Source of the DNA: an uncultured bacterium
GTDB lineage: Bacteria; Patescibacteriota; Minisyncoccia; UBA6257; GWB1-50-10
NCBI GenBank assembly: GCA_963768835.1
Contig: CAVYJB010000002.1
Coordinates: forward strand, 459,082-523,081
Direction: 5' to 3'
Length of the DNA: 64,000 bases
Positions 29,358 through 41,300 of the stretch are shown in pieces. How positions within the stretch are numbered: the stretch's first letter is position 1; every line of letters begins with the position of its first letter. Both the position numbers and the translations under genes were made by a program. The notes under the pieces were generated by a model. It made no database searches, was not told the DNA's origin, and worked only from the letters and a program-made list of their open reading frames with translations.

Positions 29358-32300
29358 ATGACCGTTCCCAAACCAAAGACTCCACGAACTAGGAAACCCC
29401 GCGTACCGAAAAACCCAACGGTACAACCTACGCCCATCTCAGACGTCTTAGAAGGGGGGCGTCGAACTATTTACCTTAGGGAGCGTTTTCCCCGCCTCGT
29501 CCAGCTCTCGCGCCAGCGTTTTGCAATCCCCATCTTTATTCTTGCCGCGGCGCTCGCGATAGTGGGGACCTATCAAGCGCTCTTCGTACACGCCGATCTC
29601 ACGACCCTTTACCCAAGCTCCTGTCTTGGCGGGTGGCGGTACCCGGGGAACGCGACAGGGAAGCCGGATATTCCCCTCGACATCGTCCCGGATCTGAACC
29701 AGTTTACGACGGCAAACTCCGCCATCTCGGATGGGGGAGAGAGTCCGCTCTTCTGCGGAAGTTTCACGGGCGACACACTCGATCCTGCGGCCACAATCAC
29801 GCATGTACGGCTCCGGTTTTCTCTCGCGGCCTTTTTCGGTTTGGATGCGGTGAAACGTGGAGCCGCCGCCGCGGCGGCGCCTGCCGGGAACGCGCCAGGG
29901 GATGTTCCTCTCCTCATTCTCGATACACGACCGTCGTCCACAGAACCTTCAGCGCTCCCCGAGGAAGGCTCTTCGACACCAACCGAGGAAAGTTTTTCGA
30001 CGTCTTCAACGGGTTCGACAGCCTCGCCACAGGTTCCTTCGGCAAGCTCAGGACAAGCGGATTCGACGGATACATCTCCCACCGCGACGGACACGCCTCC
30101 CACGCCATCAGCCCCTCCGGTCCTCCCGCCACCCAGCGATGCCTCGGGGACACTTCCGTCCGCTGCGCTCCGTACGCTCGCGGAACTCTTCTTCCCTCAT
30201 GCGGCTGCGCAGGAAGCATCTGCTTCAACCCCTTCAACAAATCCACCGCAAGCGGATTCAACAAGCTCACCAGAAGCGGATTCGATTCCTTCGATAGATT
30301 CAGGACAAGCGAACCCACCGCAAGCCGCTTCAGCTCCGAACGACGAAACCTCGACATCCCCAGTGCTTGTCTCACCACCCTTGCCGTCAGTGCCTTCCTC
30401 GACCCCTCCGACCTCCTCGACAAGCTCAGGAGAGGCGCCCTCGGGATCGGCGCCGCCTCTCGAACTTTCCGCATCTTCCACGAACGCCACCGGGACGCAG
30501 AACAGCGAGCTTGTCCCGACCTCTACTTCATCGAGTTCCCCTGAGGAATCTCCGGCTCCGTCTCCCGAGCCTCCCGCCCCCGCTCCTGCGGATACTACCT
30601 CCACCGCCTTCCTCGTGGTTTCCTATACCCTGGACGGCCAAACCTGGCAGCCGCTGGGGTACGTCACTCCCGACAACTGGCAGCAGGCGAACTTCGATGT
30701 TCCTGTCACTTCGACAGATGACATTTCGAAGCTTCAGGTGAGCGTAGAAAGCGTTCTCACGGCGGACCAGCCGCCCGTCGTGTACCTCGACGGCATGGCG
30801 CTTGAGGTGAGCTATGGGCCTCCGCCGGCTCCGAAAAGCCTGACGCCCGAGGATATCAACAAACTGTCGCGCGTCCAGGTGGATGCGAACAAGCTGTTCC
30901 GCGCGGCGAGACACGATTTCCGAGCCGGTGAGACCCCGTCCTTCGAGATCGATATTCCATCGAGCACGGACGCGCTCCTTTCTTCTCCTTCTTCTTCGGT
31001 CTCCACCTCGACCCTGGACGCGCCCGGAGAAGAAACGGTTCCCGGCGCTTCCACAACTCCTTCGGAAGGCGATATTCCATCCTCCTCTCCTGCCAGCGGC
31101 TTTTTGGATTCGCTGCGCAAGCTTGCAGGGATACCGGACGCAGCGGCGCAGACCTCCTCCTCAAGCATCCAGCGCGTGGAGGTCCTAGATATTTTCAATA
31201 ACCCGGTCGATGTCCAGCCGCAGGTCGTTCAGAACGGAAATCAGATTGTGATCAATTTCCCCGCGCCCCCGCGGGCGTTCCGTCCTGGGAGATACCAACT
31301 GGACGTGGAGGTGCTCGTGGGGGATACCGTCTATGCCTCGGAGCAGGACTTCACGTGGGGTATCCTCGCCCTTAACCTCGACCGCTCCATTTTCACACCG
31401 GGGCAGACGGCTTATTTACAAATGGCGGCCTTGAGCGATGAGGGGGACACGCTCTGCAACGCGAACCTCTCCCTCTCAATCACCGATCCGGGCGGAACTG
31501 TCACCCACGTCCCCGTGCAGCCGGGGGCTTCCTGCGGCCCGAACAACGTCACGGACGTTCCGGACTACACAGCTCATTATTCGGTGGGGAACACTACGGG
31601 TGTCTATACCATAACGCTTGAGAATCAGGATACCGGGCACACGATCACCGATACCTTCCAAGTCCAGAATTCCGTTCCGTTCGATGTGGAGCGCATAGGG
31701 GCGACCCGCATCAACCCGTTCATGTCCGACTATCGCATGCGTTTCCGCGTCACGGCGAATCAGGGCTTCGACGGCACCGTGCAGGAGCAGCTCCCGCAGG
31801 GTTTCGCCGTTATTGACCCAGGTGGCGGGGACGTTGCGGCGGGAGATGCCGCGACAATCCTTGGCTGGGAGGTACATCTTGCGGCGGGCCAGAGCATCGA
31901 GCTCTCCTACGTGTATCGGGCTCCCCGCGTGTCGCCGCAGTTCTATCTTCTCGGGCCCGCGCAGTTCATCCACCAAGCGGGCGTTCTGGATAAAATCGTG
32001 GGTTTTCTCTTCTCGAACCTCACGGGGTCCCAACCGCCCGTGGTATTCCAGGAAGCGCGGCAGTGGCAGCTCGCGGCGGACGCTTCCAACCCGGCTACCA
32101 TCCGCCAAGAGATCAATATTCTCGACCATACGTTCACCGCGGGGACCGTCGCCACTTCCTCGATGGAGATCGTGAACCTTAACCCGACGCAGTACGCGAC
32201 CGGGACCAATACCTTCTACTTCGAGATCGTCGCCTCAACGACCGGTGTTGTAGCGACCGCGACCCTGCAGGAAGCGGGGGGGCTTATCGACGCCACCACC

Positions 32301-35300
32301 ACCATCCCTGCGACCGCCACGTCCTCCACTCTCATCCGGACCGCGTTCACCCCCAATGCAGCCACGACGAACTACATTGTCGGTCTCCAAGGGCTCTCCT
32401 CCGGGTCGGCATATCTCCAGGCGGCCCGTATTGTCGTCAAAGAGGCCGCGACGAACTTCACAAACACAGAGACCCAGATCGAGATCGGAAACTACGAAAC
32501 GGGGAAAACGAACACCGCGACTTCAAGCTTGAGCAAACCGAAATACTGGCTGTATACCTCCTCGTCATGGGACGGCACAAAAACTTTCTACGCGGAGGTG
32601 ACGTACCAAACCAGCGCGTCGGTGACTACCTCAAGCATAGCCTCATCCTCGCTCTACACGGCGGCCGGCAACTTTACCTGGACGGCCCCCACAAACATCT
32701 ACGGGACGACGACCATGGAGGCGTGGGGTGCAGGTGGAGGTGGTGGAGGTGTGAACACGTCGAACGAGGGTGGTGGGGGTGGGGGTGGTGGCGCCTATGC
32801 GAGGGTTAACTCCTCCACGACTCCGGCGGGAACCCCGCTCGCGGTGACCGTCGGTGCGGCGGGCGGCGCTGGCGCGAGCTCGGGCGGGACCGGCGGTGTA
32901 GGTTCGACCTCGACCATCGCGACGAGCACGGTCGTGGCACAAGGTGGAAACGGTGGTGTCGGGAACGACGGGGCGGGAGGTACCGGGACGACCACACAGA
33001 GCGTCGGAGATGTGAAATTCGCGGGCGGCACCGGCTCCGCCGGTGCGTCGGCGTCGTACAGTGGTGGCGGTGGCGGTGGCGCAGGTTCAACCGGTGCCGG
33101 AGGCAGCGTGACCGCTACGACGACGGCCGGGCTGGGAACGACCGTGGGCGGCGGGAACGGCGGTGCGGGAAGACTGTCGTCCAGCGCGGGAGTCGGGAAT
33201 AATGGTAACCAGGCAGGCGGCGGTGGTTCCGGAGGGTACAGGGGGTCTTCTACGAACCGCGCCGGGGGCTCGGGAGGACCAGGGGAGGCAAAATTGACCT
33301 ATAGCCTGCTCGTCACGACCACGACGTTCGCCACCACCACTGTCTCTCTTCAGGAAGATAACGGTGCGTTCGGAGGATGGACGGACAAGCTCATCATCCT
33401 CGCTGCCGGTGTGAACACGACCTCGACGCGGGTCCGTGCGGGGCCTTTCACGCCCACGGACGGTCGGCACTACCGTTTGGCGTTTACGAACGCGACCACG
33501 ACCCGTGCCTTCAATATCTACAACGCGAAGATCATTGTGGACCAGGCGGGGAACCCGACGATGCTCGAACCCCAATACCTCCTCGCCAACACCGCGCTCG
33601 GCACGGGGACCTCCCTGCAAGGATTTCAGACCAAGTGGGATTCGACCGAGTGGAGCAATGTGTCGAACGTGTACCTCCACGAGGTGGAGGCCACCTCCTC
33701 CGCGACGTCCACCATCGAGCTGGACACCACCGGAGGGTCGCAGGTCGCCGGTTCCTCCATCGCGAATCCGAGCAACCTCGCGACCTCGACCCTCACGATG
33801 CCCGCGAGCCAGAACTTCGATGTGAAGGCCACCGCAAACTACGGGGGCATTTATGCGGACAGGATCCTGGTGGACGTTTCGTCCATTCTTCCGGTCTTCG
33901 AACAGACCGCGTACCGATGGTACCAGAATGCCAACATCGCTAACCTCCTCTTTGGTGTCGGGGGAGCCACCTCATCGAACCCATCGGCGGGTGATGACGA
34001 GGCGAACGGCATCGCCCTCAACGCCGCCTCGGGGACAATGTACGTGGCGGGGTATGATAATGCCAGCGGCACCGAATGGCGCATCGAAGCCCGCAACCTC
34101 TCCAACGGCTCGCTCATCTACGCGACGAACTCAATCCCGACCCTCAATTCTCCCGAGGCGAACGCCATCGCCATCAATGCCGCTTCAGGAACGATGTATG
34201 TGGTGGGGAGTGCGAATCCTGTTCTCGGGAACCTACAGTGGCGCATCGAAGCCCGCAACCTCTCCGACGGCTCGCTCATCTACGCGACAACCTCGAACCT
34301 AGCTGTGGGCACCAACATCGCGACCGCCATCGCCCTCAACGCCGCTTCGGGGACGATGTACGTGGCGGGGTATGATAATAGTCTTGGCGGCGGTGACCTA
34401 GAATGGCGCATCGAAGCCCGCAACCTCTCCGACGGCTCGCTCATCTACGCGACAACCTCGAACCCAACAGTCAATACAAACGAGGCGACCGCCATCGCCC
34501 TCAACGCCGCTTCGGGGACGATGTACGTGGCGGGGTATGATAGCCCTAGCGTCAGTGAGTGGCGCATCGAAGCCCGCAATCTCTCCAACGGCTCGCTCAT
34601 CTACGCGACGACCACTGCCCCGACCGCGGGTGGTGACCAAGCGACTTCCATCGCCCTCAATACCGCTTCGGGGACGATGTACGTGGCAGGGTCCGAGAAC
34701 AGCACTGGAAAATGGCGCATCGAGGCCCGCAACCTGTCCGACGGCTCGCTCGTCTACCGACAGTCTCTTAGCCTGACAACCTCTGACAAGGCGAAAACCA
34801 TCGCCCTCAATACCGCTTTGGGGACGATGTACGTGGCGGGGTATGACAATTTTGCTGCCGATACGGAATGGCACATTGAGGCCCGTAACCTCTCCGACGG
34901 CTCGCAGGTTTATGGGACAAGCTCGAACCCGACCGCGGGCCTTGACGAGGCGAACGGCATCGCCCTCAACGCCGCCTCGGGAAAGATGTACGTGGCGGGG
35001 TATGACAGCGGTGGTGGCACCGAATGGCGCATCGAAGCCCGCAACCTGTCCGACGGTACGCTTCTCAGCACCATCACCAGTCTTGTCCCCGGCACGCCCC
35101 TCGCGGCGCAGAACACCTCAACGACGCTCGGTACTGTGACGGCCTCGAGCACTTTCCGCCTACGCTTACTCCTCAAGGATTCCGTCGCCACCTCCACCAA
35201 TAGCAAGTTCAACCTGCAGGTCGCGAGCACGACAGTCGGTAACTGCCCCGGTAACTATACTGGGCTGACGTATACTAACGTCCCCACCTCGACGGGCTAC

Positions 35301-38300
35301 ATCACCTACAACACCAATAGTAACATCACTTACGGTACCGTCATCGCCACGAGCACCAACGACCCGACGAACGGCGGCGATACCGTCATCCCAGAGACCT
35401 ACAACGATCAGAATCCATTCTCCGTCGCTTCAGCCATCGGTTTGGGTCAGGACGGTGAGTGGGATTTCTCGCTCGTAAGCAGTAGCTCTATGCCCACGAG
35501 CACCGCTTTTTGCTTCCGAGCGGTCAATACCAGCGGCCAGCTCCTTACGACTACGACCGCTACGCAGATCCCTGAGATCGATACCCCGAATATATCAGCG
35601 GGAAGTACGATCAGTGGCTACCTTTACTCGGACGAGGGGGTGACCCTCACGACCTCCACGGTGAAGATTGCGGTGAACGGGTCCACACAATTTTCCTCGA
35701 CGACGATCGCGAGCTGGTACAACCCCTCCTGGCTATATCGGAAGCTCATCACTATCACGGGTTCCTTGGTCTCGGGCACGCAGACGGGCTTCCCGGTGCT
35801 TGTGAACACCACGGATCCGAACTGGGCCTACACCGGTAATGGCGGGCACATGGGTTCCTCGACGGGATATGACGCGCTCTTTACCGCTGCGGACGGCGTG
35901 ACGAAGCTGAACCATGAGGTGGAGTCCTACAATGCCACGTCGGGCCAGCTCGTCGCGTGGGTGCAGATACCCCAACTCACGGCGAGCACCACCTTCTATA
36001 TCTACTACGGCAACGCGGGGGCCAGCAACCAGCAGAACGCGACCTCCACCTGGGATGTAAACTATGCGGGCGTCTGGCACATGAATGAGGTCGGAGCGGC
36101 GACCACGACCGTGCCCGATTCAACAGGAAACAGAAACACAGGGACAAAGCTTTCCGCGTCCCAACCTTTCGCAACCTCCGGTCCCATTGCGGGCGCCCTC
36201 GCGTTTGACGGAAGCGCGGCGAAGATCACCACACCGTTCACGGCGACAACAACGAGCTTTACGCTTTCGGGATGGGTCTACTCAACGAGTACCGCGACCA
36301 CCGGAACGGTCAATAACGCGATGGCAGGATCGGTAAACAGCTCACGAGGTTTCGCGTTCTGGCCGGAGTGGGGCAACCCGGCGCCGCCGCAACAAGATAA
36401 CCTCATTGTCTACGGCAGTTCCGGGACCGTATCTCTGCAGACCTCCGACAACTTCAACCGGGGCGGCTGGTTCTATTTTGTGGCAACATATGCGAGCCCC
36501 AATGCCACGGTATACAAGAATGGAGCGTTCCTGAACTCGCAGAGTGTCGCTGTCGGTACCACTACAAACGTAGGATTCGACATCGGGGATCGTGGGGATG
36601 GTGCCCATTTCTGGCCCGGTGACATCGCCGAGGTACGACTCTCGACTATCGCACGCTCGGCGGCCTGGATCCTCACCGAGTACAACAACCAGTCTGCGCC
36701 GGGCGTGTTCTACACAGTGGGTCCCGAGCTGGCTTCAGGTGAATACTCATTTACTCTAGGTTCCTCCCTGAACACTGGCGATGTCATCACGGTCTGGATG
36801 GGGAACGGCATCTCGGCGCGCACGGGCGCGACTGTTACCCGCTGGTCAAACTCCCTCTCCACGCTTTCAGGCCTCAACATCTACCAACAGCACCTTATCG
36901 CGCGCCACGAGGACACAGGACCCCTCACCGACGCGAATATTCTCCTCTGCTCGAAGACTGCGGGGAGCGCCTGCTCGGACCCCGACCTCCACTTTGCGGC
37001 AGGCACGAACCCCAGTGACCTCACGGTGGACCCCGACTGGGGCCTCTATCTCTGGGGGGGGAAAACCTTCTCGCCGAACGGGACAGTCACGCTTTCTGCG
37101 GGCACCACCTCTTCGACCTACGGCGGCACTTTGAAGTGGGGGTCCTCGTCCACGATGCTCGCGGCGAGCACCTCCACGCTCTCCATTGGGGGGAGCTGGC
37201 TGAATGCTGTGGATGGGCTATTCTTCTCGTCCTCAGGTCAGGTCACCTTTTTTACAGGGAGTTCCTCACCAGTCTACAGCGTGGATAGCACTGGCAATAG
37301 TTTCCAGAATATCGTGTTTGGGTCTTCGACGCCCGCGACCAGCACTGCCTGGTACAGCGCCTCCTGGCTCCACCGTAAACTTATCAATATAACCGGTTCC
37401 CTCGTATCCGGCACACAAACAAACTTCCCGGTCCTTGTCTCGACCGTCGATCCGAACTTGGCTTACACCGGGAACGGCGGCCACGTGGGGACCTCCACAG
37501 GGAACGATATCCTTTTCACCGCCGCGGACGGCGTGACGAAGCTGAACCACGAGATCGAATCCTACACTTCCTCGACTGGGGCGCTTGTGGCCTGGGTTCA
37601 GGTGCCACAGCTTACCTCGACTACAAGTCTCTATATTTATTACGGCAACGCGGGGGCCAGCAACCAGCAAAACGCGACCTCCACCTGGGACCCCACTTTC
37701 TTGGGGGTTTGGCACTTAGGGGATTCTGCAAGCTCTGCCACCTCGATCGACTCCACCGGGAATGGGTATAGTGCAAAGAAGCAGGCGGTGAACAATCCGG
37801 CCGCGATTTCGACTGGCACTATTGATGGAGCTTCCTCCTTCAATGGCTCAACATCCTTCGCCTCCACATCCAAGCCGCTGAATTTGAATTCCACCACCAC
37901 AATCAGCGCTTGGGTTAAGCGCTACACAACTGGGGCCATCCAGCTCTACTTCACGAAGACAGATGCGCATGCTGGCAACTCCGACTACGCCGTCGGCTTC
38001 GAGGGCCCAGGGGCCAATGTCGACAAGTTCCAGTTTTGGGACAGCAATCTCAATCCCGGAACTCTCTATGCAGCACGTACGATTACCGATACCAATTGGC
38101 ACCAGCTTGTAGTAGTCACTGACTTCCATTGGTATGCAAGTTTCTATGTTGATGGCGCATTCGTGAACACAGGGACATACGATGGGAATAATAGCCAAAC
38201 CATCCATTCTTATCCCACTCACATCGGAGACGCGTTCGGGAACGCTCCTGATCTTTATTGGATGAATGGCGCGGTCGACGAACTTCGCGTCGCTTCCTCC

Positions 38301-41300
38301 CCCCGCTCGGCGGCCTGGATTCTCACCGAGTTTAACAATGAGTCCTCACCAGGCACCTTCTTAACGGTGAAGCCGGAGGATAGCTACCCGGGCGGTGTTT
38401 GGAACATCACGAGTGATTTAAATGCGAGCGGGAATCTTGCGGTTGTGACCGGGACGGTGGTGGGCTCCGCGAACGTCCTCATCGCGGGTGGGAACGCTAC
38501 GAGCAGCGGCGGCACGCTTAGCTTCGCAGGCGGTACCTTCACGCTTGCGCACCCCGGTTTCTACGGTGGTCTCCAGCCGTGGAGTCTCTACAACTTCATA
38601 GCTAGCTCCGGGGCCTCCGGCATCACCACAACCACTGGCACGGGCACCACAACGGTTACGGGCGCCTTCACTATCTGGCCGGGCTCCGGGTTCAACGCCG
38701 CGACCTCCACCTTTGTCCTTACAGCGATCTCCGGGGCGCCTTTCGTTCCCCAGGGCACCTTCCTGCCCGCCACCTCGACGGTCCTCTTCACGGGTGACGG
38801 CAACATTACAATCGCCTCCACGACCTACTATAATCTCACCCTCAGCCCAACCTTGACGGCAAGCCGAGCTTATAGTTTGGGAGGGCCGGGCATTATTCAG
38901 TTCATCCAAGCCACCTCGACGGTCACAACTACCACGGCGGCCTCTGTCACTTTCCCTTCGCCGGTAGGGGCAGGCGACACCATTATCGGCAGCATGATCG
39001 AGCCATCCGGTAGTACGGTCCAAGTCGGTGACACGCGGGGGAATTCCTACACCATTGCCGTTGGATCCTTCCCCGATCCCTTGGGCGACCTGATCTATAT
39101 GTTCTATGCCCCGAATGTGGCGGGCGGGCCAACCACGGTTATTGCCACGAGCTCTCTTGCCTCCCCGGCCTTCAATGAGCTCAACATTACCGAGTATAGC
39201 GGCCTCAATACCGTGAGCTCGTTGGACGCCATCTCCACTGGCACCAGCGTCGGCGGTGGTGTGAACCCCACAACTGCCACCACGACCATCACCTCTGCGA
39301 AGGAGCTCATCTGGGCCTACGGCCCGGATCTCGGTAGCGGCCTCAGTGCGGGGGCGAGTTTCACACCTCGGCTCGTCACGCAGGGCGATACCGTCGAAGA
39401 CAAAATCGTGTCCACTGCGGGATCCTACAGCGCCTACATGATTGCCACCACTACGAGCAACTGGGCCATCGTGATGGGGACTTTTAAGACGGGCCCAGGA
39501 TCCGGTATCCCTGGTGCGACAACAATCAACAACAATTTCCTTATCAACCCCACCTCCTCGAGTGCTCTGAACCTCGATGTAACTCTTGCCTCCACAACCA
39601 CCGTTCTTGGTGGGACGACCGTAATGAGTGGCGGTTCCTCCACTTCCACCCTCGACACGACGCCCTCAAACTCTTCCCTCACGACCGGGAATCTTACAAT
39701 CCAGGCGGGGGACGGTATGAATGCGAACGGTTCAAACGTGACCTTGACCGGCATCAACTCTCCTCTCGTTAATAACGGCCTCCTTTCCGTCGGCACCTCC
39801 ACCTTCATATACACCGGCGCCGGGGCCACGGTTGTTAACGCAAGCACCACGTACTGGAACCTTACGCTCCAGCCCGTATCCTCAGGCGCCGCTTTCGGGT
39901 ACCAGATGGCAACAGGCACCCCACTCACAGTTTCAAGCACGCTGAATGTGAACGGGTCAGGCGATGAAGGCGCAAACTGGACCCAGGCGACCTCGAGCGC
40001 CGCGTGGGCCGGGCGGAAATCCGAACCCGCCCTCGTCTATCACGGAAAGCTCTGGCTCCTCGGGGGGCAGCTATCGGGGCCTGTGGCGACCTCGAGCGTC
40101 TGGTCCTCCTCGGACGGTGTGAACTGGACCTTTATGGGTTACGCGCCTTGGACTGCGCGCTACTCGGCGGCGGGGCTTGTGTATAAGGACAAGATGTGGA
40201 TCATGGGCGGTACAGACCAATCCGCGGCGCGGAAGAATGATGTCTGGTGGTCCACCGACGGCGTGAACTGGACCCAGGCCACCTCGTCCGCGACCTGGGC
40301 GGCGCGTGAAGCCCCCCGCGCCGTCGTGTTCAAGGGCTACATGTGGATTGTGGGGGGGTACATCGGCTCTGTCACCCATGATGTCTACTATTCGTCGAGC
40401 GGCATCGCATGGGCTACAGCGACGTCGAGCGCGAACTGGTCTATCCGCTACTACAACGCGTTGGTCGTCAAGGACGGGAAGATGTGGGTGTACGGAGGGT
40501 ACGGAGGCGTTGATGACTGTGCGAGCGGTTCCCGCAACGATGTCTGGTGGTCCTCCGACGGCGTGAACTGGACCCAGGCGACTGCAAGCGCTCCCTGGGC
40601 CTGCCGATGGCAGCTTTCCTACGGTGTCTACGACAACAAGCTGTGGGTGGTGGGAGGGTACGATAGCTCGGCCGGCTATAGGACTGATGCTTGGTACTCG
40701 CCGGACGGAGTGAACTGGACAATGGCCACGAGTGGGACTGCAACGAAAACAAATGACACGCCGCTTTTAGCTTTCCAGAACCGCCTCTGGAGAATCGGCG
40801 GCGAAAATGGATCGTATTTGAACAATGTCTGGTACACACCTTCCTCGACCCTCACTGTCACGCTCGGAGCTACCACGACCGTTGCCTCGACGACGAACGT
40901 AAATGCGGGCATCCTCGATGCAACTTCCTTAAACTACCCGCTGACGACCATGAATCTCGCAGTCGGGCCCGGTGGCACCCTCACTGGTCGCGGCTCAGCG
41001 CTCCTCGCGACGGGGGATGTCAGTATCAATGGGTACGGTCGTGACAACGGTGGCATCCTCCAATCTACGACCAACACCCTCACTATCCAGGGCAACTACA
41101 CCCAAACTGGCACCTTCGCAAGCGGCACGACAGGAACCGTTCTCTTCAACGGAAGCGCTCAGCAGGTTCTAGCGGGGGAGATGACGGGCGGGAACGCGTT
41201 CGGCCTCCTCACCTTCGCGAACAACTCCGGAGGCGATCCTTCTTCCACCCCCTCCCTCATCGTTTCCTCGTCGCTCGACGCCGCAACTTCCACCATCACG

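Noticed and set aside
33985-35065. CRISPR array (regular repeats with variable spacers)
   Set aside because: Period ~155 nt, in-frame within a long ORF, degenerate at codon third positions, no cas genes; these are protein repeats.
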